DNA of 64,000 nucleotides from an uncultured Gammaproteobacteria bacterium (GCA_963747995.1 CAVVHD010000005.1:1699-65698), one strand, 5' to 3'; shown: positions 32,499 to 41,966, numbered from the stretch's first letter. Translations and numbers: made by a program. Notes: generated by a model from the sequence alone, not told the origin.

Positions 32499-32564
32499 AT
32501 GAACATATACAAACGCCACCCGTTTCCATCTGAGATAATCAGTTACGCAGTCAGCGTTTTCTGA
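32499..32564 (+). mobile_element. Possible N-terminal stub of an IS6-family transposase (about 21 codons only)
   Basis: MNIYKRHPFPSEIISYAVSVF* loosely matches the IS26/IS6 N-terminus (MNPFKGRHFQRDIILWAVRWY). I can see no continuation in any frame. Weak call. Confidence 0.25.
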
Positions 32565-32768
32565 TCGTGACTGCGGTCAATGTAACGACCACGGTTTCAA
32601 TTACGCAAAATCCACCTGCATAGCTAACTCCGCTTGTATGTAATAGCTGTACTCAGACGTTTGGCTGCGTCAATACCAGCACTTATACTAACCAGAATCA
32701 GGGCTGCGGATATTTTCGGCAATCCATCTGGCTACGACTGGACAATCGACTGATTAGCGGAGAAAGAG

Positions 32769-34106
32769 ATGACCCCACAGCAAAAATCTCATCTCGATAG
32801 GGTTTCTCGCAGACTCAGTGTCATAACGTTCATTGCCACCGTGCTGACCGCGTGTGCTACCCCACAGCTACCCTTCTCCGGTGAGCTTCAAATCCACGAG
32901 CTGCACTGCAATGCAGACCAGTCCGTCGTCGCGACTGCAGCGGCGAGGGCACCAGGTAAGATGCTGGAGACGGAAGGCGCACTCCTATACTCGCCCGATG
33001 GGGGTTTAACCTGGTCGGTCACTACACCGGGCGGCGATCTAAGTAACATTACGCTCAGATTTTTCACCGATCCACGTGACGGATCAAATGCAAATCCGCC
33101 ACTGGTCGTCGCTGGCTATGGCTTAGGATCGGGATTTTGGACCTATCAACTTGAAGGGTGGATGAAATCCACAGACTCGGGGCGAACGTGGACAACGATT
33201 CCCGCCCGCTTGCCAGCCGCAGGCTCGACAGACCCAACGGACCTGCCGCCGCCTCTCCTCGTCGTCGACGAAACCGGACGTTTGGCAGCAATTCGCAAAG
33301 CACCGTCGCCTGCTCTGCTGACCTCTGATGATGGGGGAGCGAGTTGGAATGAGACGCCACTGCCGGCAATTGATGATCCATGGGACCTGAGTGCTCTTGT
33401 TAACTACTCTGAGCTGAGTACTGATGGCCGTGGCCGCTTGATTGCCGTAGGTTGGGCTAACTCGCTGCTAAAGGAATTTGGGCTGACCCGCACGGTGATT
33501 GTGCAGTCCGACGATAGTGGAAAGACCTGGTCCGTTGCAATGGACGAAGTCGGCGCAGATTGCGGTCCCAGTATCGTCGGCACCCCGGCTGAACCGATGC
33601 TCATAAATTATAGATGCCCCGGAATAGACAGGCTTTACTTCTTCTCAGGGGATGGCGGGCGCACCTGGCAAGCTCGTAGATTTTTTCGCTACGTTTACGG
33701 GGCCTTCGAACTCGTGACCGCTCTCGATGACAAGCGCTGGGTTGCCCTCTCTGTAGACGGCGGGTCGCTGGTTGCGTGGACATCGGATAATGGAGGCGAT
33801 GAGTGGCAACGCTACGCAACGGGATTTGCGATTCTCTCAGGCAGCAGTCAGATGTACACGAGCTCTTTTGTCACCCTATCAGGCGGGGTAGTGCTTGCCT
33901 ATGTTGGTGATGGCCAGATCCTTCGGTCAGCCGATCGGGGCGAGTCCTGGCAACTTATCGATTCTGGACTGCCGCGCGATGGCAATTATCAGCTTGGGGC
34001 GAGTTGTACCGACGGACACAGGCTGGTGGTTCTGGGTGGTGGCCAAGGGATGCTCATACGATCACTTGATGGAGGGCTGACATGGGAGCGCGGTCGAATA
34101 CGTTAA
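32769..34106 (+). CDS. BNR/Asp-box repeat beta-propeller lipoprotein (sialidase-fold / Ycf48-like)
   Basis: Intact 445 aa with lipobox VLTACA. Eight SxDxGxTW-type Asp-boxes are present: SPDGGLTW, STDSGRTW, SDDGGASW, SDDSGKTW, SGDGGRTW, SDNGGDEW, SADRGESW and SLDGGLTW. Confidence 0.8.
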   Translation: MTPQQKSHLDRVSRRLSVITFIATVLTACATPQLPFSGELQIHELHCNADQSVVATAAARAPGKMLETEGALLYSPDGGLTWSVTTPGGDLSNITLRFFTDPRDGSNANPPLVVAGYGLGSGFWTYQLEGWMKSTDSGRTWTTIPARLPAAGSTDPTDLPPPLLVVDETGRLAAIRKAPSPALLTSDDGGASWNETPLPAIDDPWDLSALVNYSELSTDGRGRLIAVGWANSLLKEFGLTRTVIVQSDDSGKTWSVAMDEVGADCGPSIVGTPAEPMLINYRCPGIDRLYFFSGDGGRTWQARRFFRYVYGAFELVTALDDKRWVALSVDGGSLVAWTSDNGGDEWQRYATGFAILSGSSQMYTSSFVTLSGGVVLAYVGDGQILRSADRGESWQLIDSGLPRDGNYQLGASCTDGHRLVVLGGGQGMLIRSLDGGLTWERGRIR

Positions 34107-34202
34107 GAATTTGGCCAGCGCTCTGCTTTAGATAAAGCTGTAAAGCCCTGTTTATATTCCCTGCACAACCGATACATTTAGATTTTTTGCGAGGAAAGCA
34201 CA

Positions 34203-35555
34203 ATGGCAGCTCATTCCCCATTACTGGCGTCGTTTCTGAACGCCGTAGCCCGCGATAACCCGGGGCAACCAGAGTATTTGCAGGCCGTGCGTGAGATACT
34301 GTTGGATGTCTTTGACTATGCCTACGCTGACCGCCGTTACTCGGATGCGCGCATTCTGGAGCGACTGGTGGAGCCGGACCGCGTTATATCCTTTCGAGTA
34401 GCCTGGCATGACGACAAAGGTCAGGTGCAGGTGAACCGCGGTTGGCGGGTGCAGCATTCCCTGGCCCTGGGGCCTTACAAGGGAGGTATTCGCTTTCACC
34501 GTTCAGTGACAGAAGGAATATTGAAGTTTCTGGCGTTTGAGCAGACATTCAAGAGTGCCCTCACAGGACTGGCACTGGGGGGTGGCAAGGGCGGTAGCAA
34601 TTTCGATCCCAAGGGCAAGAGTGAGGCGGAGGTCATGCGGTTTTGCCAAGCCTTCATGACGGAGCTGACACGCTACGTGGATGCCGACACCGATGTTCCC
34701 GCCGGCGATATCGGTGTCGGCATTCGCGAGGTGGGCTTCATGTATGGACAGTACAAGCGCCTCACCAGCAAGCACACGGGCGTGTTCACCGGCAAGGGTA
34801 TCGGGTATGGCGGCAGCCCCTTGCGACCCGAGGCCACCGGCTACGGCACGGTCTTTTTTCTGGAGCACATGCTGCACCATGCGGGGGCGCAGCTGCAGGG
34901 CCAGAAAGTGCTGGTGTCAGGCTCAGGCAACGTGGCCCAGTACGCGGTGGAGAAGTTGCTGCAACTGGGCGCCCTACCTCTCACAATGAGCGACTCCGGC
35001 GGTTTCATCCATGACCCTGACGGCATCGATGCCGAGAAACTCGCCTTTGTGATGGACCTCAAGAATAACCGGCGCGGGCGTATCCAGGACTACGTGCAGC
35101 GTTTTACCAGCGCCACTTTCCACGGTAACGGCGCCCGACCCTGGGTTGTTTCGGCTGATATCGCCCTGCCGTGCGCTACCCAAAATGAAATCGATGATGC
35201 TGACGCAGCCACGCTCATCCGCAACGGCATCCGCGCCGTGGCGGAAGGCGCCAACATGCCTTCCACTCTGGAGGCAATACACCGCTTCCTGCAGGCGGGG
35301 GTGCTGTTTGGTCCGGCCAAGGCAGTGAATGCCGGAGGCGTTGGCTGCTCCGGGCTTGAGATGAGCCAGAACTCGCAGCGCCTGACGTGGACTACCGCGG
35401 AGGTGGAGGAGAAGCTGCGCGGCATTATGCAGAGTATCCACGACACATGTCTGGAATATGGCAGCAGTGGCTCCACGGTGAACTACGTTAAGGGTGCCAA
35501 TATAGGCAGCTTCGTGCGGGTGGCAGATGCAATGCTGGGCCAGGGCGTGTTCTGA
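34203..35555 (+). CDS. gdhA: NADP-specific glutamate dehydrogenase
   Basis: Intact 450 aa with GPYKGGIRFH, the Glu/Leu/Phe/Val dehydrogenase active-site region LGGGKGGSNFDPKG, and GSGNVAQYA (NADP Rossmann motif). Confidence 0.95.
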   Translation: MAAHSPLLASFLNAVARDNPGQPEYLQAVREILLDVFDYAYADRRYSDARILERLVEPDRVISFRVAWHDDKGQVQVNRGWRVQHSLALGPYKGGIRFHRSVTEGILKFLAFEQTFKSALTGLALGGGKGGSNFDPKGKSEAEVMRFCQAFMTELTRYVDADTDVPAGDIGVGIREVGFMYGQYKRLTSKHTGVFTGKGIGYGGSPLRPEATGYGTVFFLEHMLHHAGAQLQGQKVLVSGSGNVAQYAVEKLLQLGALPLTMSDSGGFIHDPDGIDAEKLAFVMDLKNNRRGRIQDYVQRFTSATFHGNGARPWVVSADIALPCATQNEIDDADAATLIRNGIRAVAEGANMPSTLEAIHRFLQAGVLFGPAKAVNAGGVGCSGLEMSQNSQRLTWTTAEVEEKLRGIMQSIHDTCLEYGSSGSTVNYVKGANIGSFVRVADAMLGQGVF

Positions 35556-35598
35556 GTTTGACCATAATCGCCGCCATCGGAGTGTTCTCTGTTCGAAA

Positions 35599-35921
35599 TT
35601 TTCAGTGCACTGGCCGGTCTTTTTCATGCTCGCGCCGATCTTCAATACGCAGCACCCGGTGCGCGAGCGTCGGGCGATGGGTAATCAGGATGACAGTTTT
35701 ATGGGCCAGCAGGTTTGAGCAATCGGCGATCAATGCGAGTTCACCCACCCCATCAAACATTGCGGTGGCCTCATCCAGGCTCAAGATGGGCGGATCGCGT
35801 AGTAGTGTCTGGGCCAGTGACAGGCGCTGCTACTGGCAGCCGCAGAGGCGTATGCCATCGTCGCCAATCTGTGTGCCGTAACCTTGCGGCAGCCCTGCGA
35901 TGGAGTGATTGAGTTGGCTTC
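35599..35921 (-). pseudogene. Decayed C-terminal fragment of an ABC exporter ATPase
   Basis: The reverse-strand reading gives ...IAGLPQGYGTQIGDDGIRLCGCQ*QRLSLAQTLLRDPPILSLDEATAMFD...TVILITHRPTL.... The signature is degenerate (LCGCQ instead of LSGGQ) and followed by an in-frame TAG. The Walker B/D-loop is retained. No Walker A or TMD lies upstream. Confidence 0.7.
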
Positions 35922-36413
35922 ATCACTATGGCGTGATTTTACTATTGTGACAACATGGCTCGAAGGGCCGAAGTTAGGCGAGGCTGTGTGAAAACGCGCA
36001 GACCGAAAAAGCTAGCCGACAATTCTCGTAAACACGTAGTAGCCGGTCTGTCCAGGCACCGCTTCAAAACGGCAACAAACACCTCGAAGTGGACCTAGGT
36101 CACATAATCTGGAAATACTTGGTTCATTAAAACTTTCGTTTATAGATAAAAGGTTTTGAATCTAAAGATAATGGGGGTACGTTGGCCAAGGAAGGCCGCG
36201 TTTTTTATGTCGGTTAAAAAGTCCCCTGCCATATCTGAAGGGACCTACCTCTGGCCTTTCGCTCTACTGTATCTGCATCGCAACTGTGCAGTAACAGAGA
36301 GAATAGTGTCAGATAATTTTACAAGTTGCCCGAGAGCAGATTGTATTGGTGGGCTGGAGGCCACGTCATTGACGGCTTTTGTTGTTTTCGATCAATTGAA
36401 TAACGCAAAAAGT

Positions 36414-36537
36414 GATCTGAAAGTTGGTCAGCAGCGTATATCCGGTCAAAAGCAGGAGCTTGTGAAGGGAAAAATGATCTGAAAGTTGGTCGGCAACGTA
36501 TATGTCGTCTCAAGCAGAAACCTGTGAAAGGATGATT
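36414..36537. repeat. Imperfect tandem direct repeat, 2 copies with a 62-bp period
   Basis: Copy 1 begins GATCTGAAAGTTGGTCAGCAGCGTATATCC.... Copy 2 begins GATCTGAAAGTTGGTCGGCAACGTATATGT.... The first 16 nt are identical and overall identity is roughly four-fifths by eye. The period is not a multiple of 3. Confidence 0.7.
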
Positions 36538-36604
36538 GTGAATTACATCCGCTTTAAGGTATTCCTCAAACCGGCGCTGTACCAACAGCGTTAGGCAAGA
36601 TTCA

Positions 36605-37084
36605 ATGTCGAGAGTTAGAGGTTCGAAAAAGTTTACCCCCCTGCTGGCTGCATGTGTTTGTGCTGGCTCTATATACCGTGCCGGCGCTTATGAACTCGTA
36701 AATGACAAAGCGTGGAATCAGCCCTTCCTCTCGGGCATGCCCTCTGAGTGGATCTGCTTAATTAACGACTCAAACACGCCGACACCAACGCCGACACCGA
36801 CGCCGACACCAACGCCGACACCAACACCGACACCAACACCGACACCGACACCAACACCGACACCAACACCGACACCGACACCAACACCGACGCCAACACC
36901 GACACCGACACCGACGCCAACACCAACACCGACGCCAACACCGACGCCGACGCCAACACCGACTCCGACGCCAACACCGACACCGGTTGACGTACCCGTC
37001 CCCGTGCCTGCCACGCTGGGTCTGCTGGGTCTTGGACTTGCATGTCTTGGCTACAGTCGTCGTCGCCAGATGCGAAAAAAGTAA
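36605..37084 (+). CDS. Secreted (Thr-Pro)35 repeat protein with PEP-CTERM-like sorting tail
   Basis: 159 aa: a signal peptide ([21 protein letters not shown]), a 57-aa head, 35 uninterrupted TP dipeptides, then [32 protein letters not shown]. That tail is Pro-x-Pro, a Gly/Leu TM segment and an Arg cluster, which is the PEP-CTERM layout with PVP in place of PEP. Confidence 0.75.
   Translation: MSRVRGSKKFTPLLAACVCAGSIYRAGAYELVNDKAWNQPFLSGMPSEWICLINDSNTPTPTPTPTPTPTPTPTPTPTPTPTPTPTPTPTPTPTPTPTPTPTPTPTPTPTPTPTPTPTPTPTPTPTPVDVPVPVPATLGLLGLGLACLGYSRRRQMRKK
36776..36985 (+). repeat. Coding (ACN-CCN)35 hexanucleotide-type tandem repeat
   Basis: 210 nt of acg/aca-ccg/cca units are seen directly. All six frames are open across it, which explains the mirror ORFs at 36718..37141. 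Confidence 0.9.
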
Positions 37085-37184
37085 ATCATCCAAACCCGCA
37101 TGGAACCCATGCGTCCAGCGACAGAGATAGCCACCAAGCATAGCGGCTCTTTCGGGAGCCGTTTGCGTTTTACTCGTAAGGCCG

Positions 37185-37397
37185 ACGAATTGCTCAGGTG
37201 CTTACGATCGCTCGTCTCCCCACCTGACCCGGAGGCAAAAGGCCTCGCTGATATACCGACGAACCCAAAACATACGCGCCGTTCAGCTACTTCTGGGACA
37301 CACGAAGCTGGAAAGCACCGTACGCTATTTGGGCATCGACGTGGATGGTGCTTTGGAGTTATCTGAGCAGACAGAGGTTTGTGACAATATAGGGTAA
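37185..37397 (+). pseudogene. 3' remnant of a tyrosine recombinase/phage-type integrase
   Basis: The reading ...HLTRRQKASLIYRRTQNIRAVQLLLGHTKLESTVRYLGIDVDGALELSEQTEV... matches the conserved C-terminus (His...Tyr box) of a widespread integrase family. Only about 60-70 codons are present, with no N-terminal part upstream. Confidence 0.7.
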
Positions 37398-37523
37398 CCC
37401 GTTAATTGGGGTTGTCCTTCTATCGTGATCATCAAGAAAACAATTGCTTGAACAGCACATGCCCGTACACTGTTTCTCCGCTTAGCCAGTAGTTACTATA
37501 AGCTGATGATTCGGGAAAAGGGG

Positions 37524-38297
37524 ATGAGTATGAAAAATCTTTTTGATGTTAATGGTAAAGTGGCAGTGGTCACCGGCGGCTCACGCGGCATCGGTGCCAT
37601 GATCGCGCGCGGCTTTGTAGAGAATGGCGTGAAGACCTATATCACCGCGCGCAAGGAACTGGAACTACACGCCACGCAGCAGGAACTTGCTGTGCTGGGG
37701 CAGTGCATCGCGATTCCCTCAGACCTTTCGACCGTGGCCGGGGTAACTGCCTTTGCGGACGCTATCCGAGCCGCTGAGGATAAAGTCCATATTCTGGTCA
37801 ACAATGCGGGCGCTACCTGGGGTGCAGACATTGACTCTTTTCCCGAGAGCGGCTGGGATAAAACGATGGACCTGAATGTGAAGGCCATGTTTTTTCTCAC
37901 CCAACAATTACTGCCCACGCTGCGCGCGGCGGGGACGCAAGAGGATCCGGCCAGGGTTATCAATATCGGTTCGATCAACGGCATCACTCATCCCCACATG
38001 AACAACTACGCCTATTCCGCCAGCAAGGCAGCGGTGCATCACCTGACGCGACATCTCGGAGCGGACCTCGCCCCGCAGGGTATCAATGTCAACGGCATCG
38101 CTCCGGGATTTTTTCCGAGTAAAATGACCGCGCACCTACTCGAACACGAAGCGGCCATGGGCGCAGCCTTTCCCCGCGGTCGACTGGGCAATGCTGAGGA
38201 TGCGGCGGGCACCGCCATTTACCTGTGCTCCCGCGCCTCCGCCTGGCTGACTGGTCACACCATTGTGCTGGACGGCGGGGCCGTGGCAGTTGCCTAG
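37524..38297 (+). CDS. SDR family oxidoreductase (3-oxoacyl-ACP reductase/RhlG-like)
   Basis: Contains VTGGSRGIGAMIARGF, NNAGATWG, ...YAYSASKAAVHHLTR and PGFFPSKMT. The start is taken at Met 37524; 37530 is also possible. Confidence 0.85.
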   Translation: MSMKNLFDVNGKVAVVTGGSRGIGAMIARGFVENGVKTYITARKELELHATQQELAVLGQCIAIPSDLSTVAGVTAFADAIRAAEDKVHILVNNAGATWGADIDSFPESGWDKTMDLNVKAMFFLTQQLLPTLRAAGTQEDPARVINIGSINGITHPHMNNYAYSASKAAVHHLTRHLGADLAPQGINVNGIAPGFFPSKMTAHLLEHEAAMGAAFPRGRLGNAEDAAGTAIYLCSRASAWLTGHTIVLDGGAVAVA

Positions 38298-38313
38298 CAC
38301 AGAGAATGCGTCG

Positions 38314-39259
38314 ATGGATGATTTGACGTATCAGCTGCTCGGTTGCGGCATCACCTGTATAGACGCCGCTTACGTAAAGCACGGCATGGCCTGCTTCTAC
38401 CTGATGGAGGAGGGCGGGGAGTGCGCGGTCCTGGAGACTGGCACCTGCCACAGCGTTCCCGCACTGCAGCGACTGTTGCTGGAGCGCGGCATTGCACCGC
38501 AGCAGGTGCGTTACATCATTCCCACGCATGTGCATCTGGACCACGCCGGTGGCGCGGGCGCCATGATGGCGGCATTCCCCGAGGCGCAGTTACTCATTCA
38601 CCCACGCGGGGCCAGGCATATGGCTGATCCGGAGCGCCTGGTCGCGGGCGCCATGGAAGTCTATGGGCCGGAACTTTTTCAAACATTGTATGGCACTATC
38701 GTGCCTATCGATCCCGGTCGTATCCGACAGATGGAGGATGGTGAGACGGTCTCCCTGGCGGGTCGAGTACTTGAATTTCGCCATACCCGCGGCCACGCTG
38801 AACATCATTTCTGTATCTGGGATGAAGCCAGCCGGGGTTGGTTCAGCGGCGATATGTTTGGCGTGTCCTATCCATGGTGTCGCTTTCCCAACGGCGACTT
38901 TGTATTGCCATCCACCACGCCCAGCCAGTTCGACTCCCGCAGCCTATCTTGCCTCGCTGGAGTTGTTAGGCAGTTACGACCCGCAACGCATGTACCTGAC
39001 CCATTACGGTGCGCTGGATTATTCGTTGGATAAAGCACAGTTATTGGTACGCCAGATTCATGCGTACTGCGAGTTCACCGCAGCCGAAAACCTGGACGTC
39101 GACCGATTGCAGGAACGCCTGAGCAATTACACGCTGGGGCTGTTGCACCAGTTCGGTGCGCCATACGATGACGTCGAGCTGCGCAGTTTACTCGCCTTCG
39201 ATATGCGGCTTAATGCGCAGGGTTTGCAGGTGTGGCAGCAGCGTGTGGCGGTCAAGTGA
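38314..39259 (+). pseudogene. MBL-fold metallo-hydrolase, one frameshift
   Basis: The THVHLDHAGG motif and a later HTRGHAEHH lie in ORF 38263..39033. The C-terminal part (...PAAYLASLELLGSYDPQRMYLTHYG...) lies in ORF 38663..39259. The junction lies near 38930-38937. Confidence 0.8.
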
Positions 39260-39403
39260 GCCGTGTACTTTTCACTGTGGCAGGAGTCCAGTTTAGTTTC
39301 GGAGTGCGATTTTATTTTGCGCCAGGTCTGCGTCTATGCTTTACTTTCAGGCTTGAACTGCCTTTAGAGCATTTTCACTAACAATTCACTTCAGGAGAAC
39401 AGC

Positions 39404-40506
39404 ATGATCAAGCAACCCGTTCGAAGCCTGATGATGGCGTTATCGCTTGCAGCGCTGGCCGCTTGTAGCAGCACCCCGTATACGCCCGTTGCAAGCAAGA
39501 GTCCGAACCTCTGAATCCGGCTGCGTACACCAAGAAGGTCGATTCATTTATCGTATTGCTGGACACCTCCGGGTCTATGACAAATGAAGATGAGGGGCGC
39601 CCCAGGATTTATACCGCTCAGGATCTGGTGGCCAGTTTCAACAGCGCCGTGCCGCCGCTGGATTATGACGCGGGGCTGGTAACGTATGGCAAGGGTTCAA
39701 CTGGGACTTGCACGGGATATGGCGTTGCCACCACCATCTACGGCCTGGAACCGTACCTGCAGGGTGACTTCGCGCAGGCACTGGGTTCTATCCAATGCGC
39801 TGCCAGCACCACGCCTATCGCAGCGGCTATTGACTCTGCGACAGGCCTGCTGGTGGAGGAAACCGGTCCTATCGCTGTGATTATTGTCAGCGACTTCAAC
39901 TGGAGCGACGCTGCAGCGGTAGAGTCAGCCATTGCGCAATTGAAAGCGCAGCACGTAAACAATATTTGTCTGCATACGGTCAAGGTTGGTGACGACACTG
40001 CCCATGACGCACTGATTGCCAGCCTCACTGATCCCGCTAGCTGCGACAGCGCAGTGAAAGGCGCAGATCTCGCCACCGGTGCCGCGATGTCTTCCTACGT
40101 TGTCGACACGCTGCTGACACCGCTCGACCAGCCCTTGCAGTATGAAAAATATACTGTTTCGGCGGAGGCGCTGTTTGACTTTGATAAAGCAATTCTCAAA
40201 CCACAGGGCAGGGCAGCACTGCAAAATCTCGGCGCGCAGATCAGGAGGCAGGGTTTGAAAGTGCAGGATATCGATGTGGTCGGTCACACCGACAGTGTAG
40301 GTTCAGATGCCTACAACATGGGTCTTTCTGAGCGGCGTGCGATGGCGGTCAAGAATTTCCTGGTCAGTGAAGGTGTCAACAGCAGTATTATTGATGCCAG
40401 TGGTATGGGCAAACGCCAGCCCGTGGCCAGCAACGACACTGCCGAGGGGCGTGCACTGAACCGTCGGGTAGAGGTTCTTGTTGGTACTGCTCGTCCACTG
40501 AAGTAA
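39404..40506 (+). pseudogene. OmpA-family lipoprotein with N-terminal vWA-like domain, one frameshift after the signal peptide
   Basis: CAGGAG RBS plus ATG 39404, encoding MIKQPVRSLMMALSLAALAACSS (lipobox) and stopping at 39514. The next frame continues ...FIVLLDTSGSM (a MIDAS-like DxSxS motif). The C-terminal OmpA domain reads FDFDKAILKP...GHTDSVGSDAYNMGLSERRA...NRRVEV. The junction lies between about 39475 and 39510. Confidence 0.8.
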
Positions 40507-40525
40507 ACCGTACCCACTGCGTCCC

Positions 40526-40557
40526 GATCTGCTGCCTCGTCAAGGAGGCAGCAGATC
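40526..40557 (+). terminator. Perfect 13-bp-stem hairpin downstream of the OmpA-family gene
   Basis: GATCTGCTGCCTC, loop gtcaag, then GAGGCAGCAGATC, about 20 nt after the stop. No T-run follows, so intrinsic-terminator function is probable but not certain. Confidence 0.5.
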
Positions 40558-40805
40558 AACACAGCGAGTCACTTCCCGGCTGCACTCGTGTTACTCTCGC
40601 GATCAGGTCAATTGAAGGGCCGTTGGCCATGGAGATACTTCGGGTATTACTGATTGTCGGTACGGGAAATCCGTATTGTCGCAAATGTATTAGCCGCTAC
40701 TCTCTGCGCGCTTAAAGTAACCTGGGAAATGGACATGGCACTCGCACGACTACTTCCTGAAAGACCTCATTGTAGTGCAACGATGCACTGTCGGAACGCA
40801 TCCGC

Positions 40806-41966
40806 GTGAGTCCGGTGCTCGGGATTATCGGCAGTGGACAGCTGGCGCTCTATATGTGTGAGGCTGCGCAGGGACTCGGATTCGAAGTCGTGGTATTGGC
40901 CGATAGCGAGGATGCGCCAGCACTGCAGCGCGCTGACAGGTCTTTCACCGCAGGAGTGGATGGAAAGGCGGAGCTTGCGCAGTTTATCGCCAGCTGCGAT
41001 ATTGTTACCTTCGATAAAGAAGCCATCGCCGATGACATACTCGCTTTGCTGATTGAAGAAAGTCAGCGCAAGCGCTTTGCCATTCGTCCTGCAGTTGCCA
41101 CGTTACAGATGCTAAAGGACAAGGCCTTGCAAAAGACCTGGCTGCGCGAGCAGGGATTGCCTACGCTGCCATTTAGCATCATTGCCGGGCGCCCTGACGC
41201 ACTTTCCAGTCTTACGCAGGAGTTGGGGTGTTCTCTGGTGCAAAAAAGGCGCTGTGGCGGCTATGACGGACGCGGCGTGCAGGTACTGAAGTCAGTGGAA
41301 TCGCCGGAGCAATTTTGGGATGTGCCCAGCATAGTGGAACCCTTTTTGCCGGATTGCCGGGAAATTGCTCTCATTACGGTGCGCGCCGACACAGGTGAAT
41401 TACAGACGTACCCCCCCGTAAGTATGGACTTTGACACGCAGTTAAATGCGGTCCGCACTGTGTCGATGCCTGCCGCTATCAGCACGGATCTGTGTGCGGC
41501 GGCTACTGATTTGGCAGAGCGCACGGTGACCCTGTTGCAAGGCGTGGGCGTTTTTGCCATTGAAATGTTTGTCACCCCCACCGGTGACCTGTTTATCAAC
41601 GAGATATCACCGCGCGTACACAATTCAGGCCACCTTACTCAGGATGCCTGCAATGTTTCGCAGTTCGAGCAGCATGTGCGTGCCGTGATGGGATTGCCGC
41701 TCGTTAAAATCGTTCATACAAGCCCTGCTGCGATGTGTAATATTCTCTATACTAAGGCCATGGAAGAGTTTTGTCCTGCAAGTCCGGTTACCGAGAGATT
41801 GCAGGATGTTGGGGCAGCGGTTTACTGGTATGGGAAGACAACTGGAAGTGTAGGTAGGAAGATGGGTCATGTAAACGCTGTGGCACCCAATGCCTCTGAT
41901 GCGGTGGTCGTTGCGCAGCGGGTGCTCGCAGAGGTTACAAGCTCAAGCCGCGAGTGCATCGCATGA
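40806..41966 (+). CDS. purK: N5-carboxyaminoimidazole ribonucleotide synthase
   Basis: Intact 386 aa ATP-grasp protein with LGIIGSGQLALYM, ...LVQKRRCGGYDGRGV... and ...INEISPRVHNSGH.... GTG start. Confidence 0.9.
   Translation: MSPVLGIIGSGQLALYMCEAAQGLGFEVVVLADSEDAPALQRADRSFTAGVDGKAELAQFIASCDIVTFDKEAIADDILALLIEESQRKRFAIRPAVATLQMLKDKALQKTWLREQGLPTLPFSIIAGRPDALSSLTQELGCSLVQKRRCGGYDGRGVQVLKSVESPEQFWDVPSIVEPFLPDCREIALITVRADTGELQTYPPVSMDFDTQLNAVRTVSMPAAISTDLCAAATDLAERTVTLLQGVGVFAIEMFVTPTGDLFINEISPRVHNSGHLTQDACNVSQFEQHVRAVMGLPLVKIVHTSPAAMCNILYTKAMEEFCPASPVTERLQDVGAAVYWYGKTTGSVGRKMGHVNAVAPNASDAVVVAQRVLAEVTSSSRECIA

Noticed and set aside
35935-36090. Short ORF (MARRAEVRRGCVKTRRPKK...) and the CENAQ-type reading next to the ABC fragment
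   Set aside because: It is reminiscent of translated extragenic or IS-flank sequences seen in other gammaproteobacteria. I cannot tie it to a defined family from memory, so I do not call it.
36156-36482. 108-aa ORF in the low-G+C gap upstream of the PEP-CTERM gene
   Set aside because: No motif or signal. It runs into the 62-bp tandem repeat, whose period breaks the frame. The surrounding DNA looks like degraded non-coding sequence.
36776-36985. Possible CRISPR array or other spaced repeat
   Set aside because: The unit is 6 nt with no unique spacers and lies wholly inside a CDS. No cas genes are present. I saw no CRISPR-like repeat-spacer structure anywhere else in the window.
36718-37141. 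Three minus-strand ORFs with (GV)n, (SVLA)n and (CRCW)n repeats
   Set aside because: They are simply the other reading frames of the (ACN-CCN)35 repeat. Only the plus-strand TP frame has a signal peptide, an upstream context and a sorting tail.
40560-40805. Purine or ZTP riboswitch, or a PurR box, upstream of purK. This includes the palindrome AGTGCA-acga-TGCACT at 40774-40789.
   Set aside because: I found no match to the purine-riboswitch core or the ZTP (pfl) GGGTCGTGAC...CCGCCTGGGC elements. The palindrome has a central CG like LacI-family operators, but it is 14 bp rather than 16 bp and does not align with the E. coli PurR consensus. It may be a regulator site or an RBS-proximal hairpin, but the evidence is insufficient.
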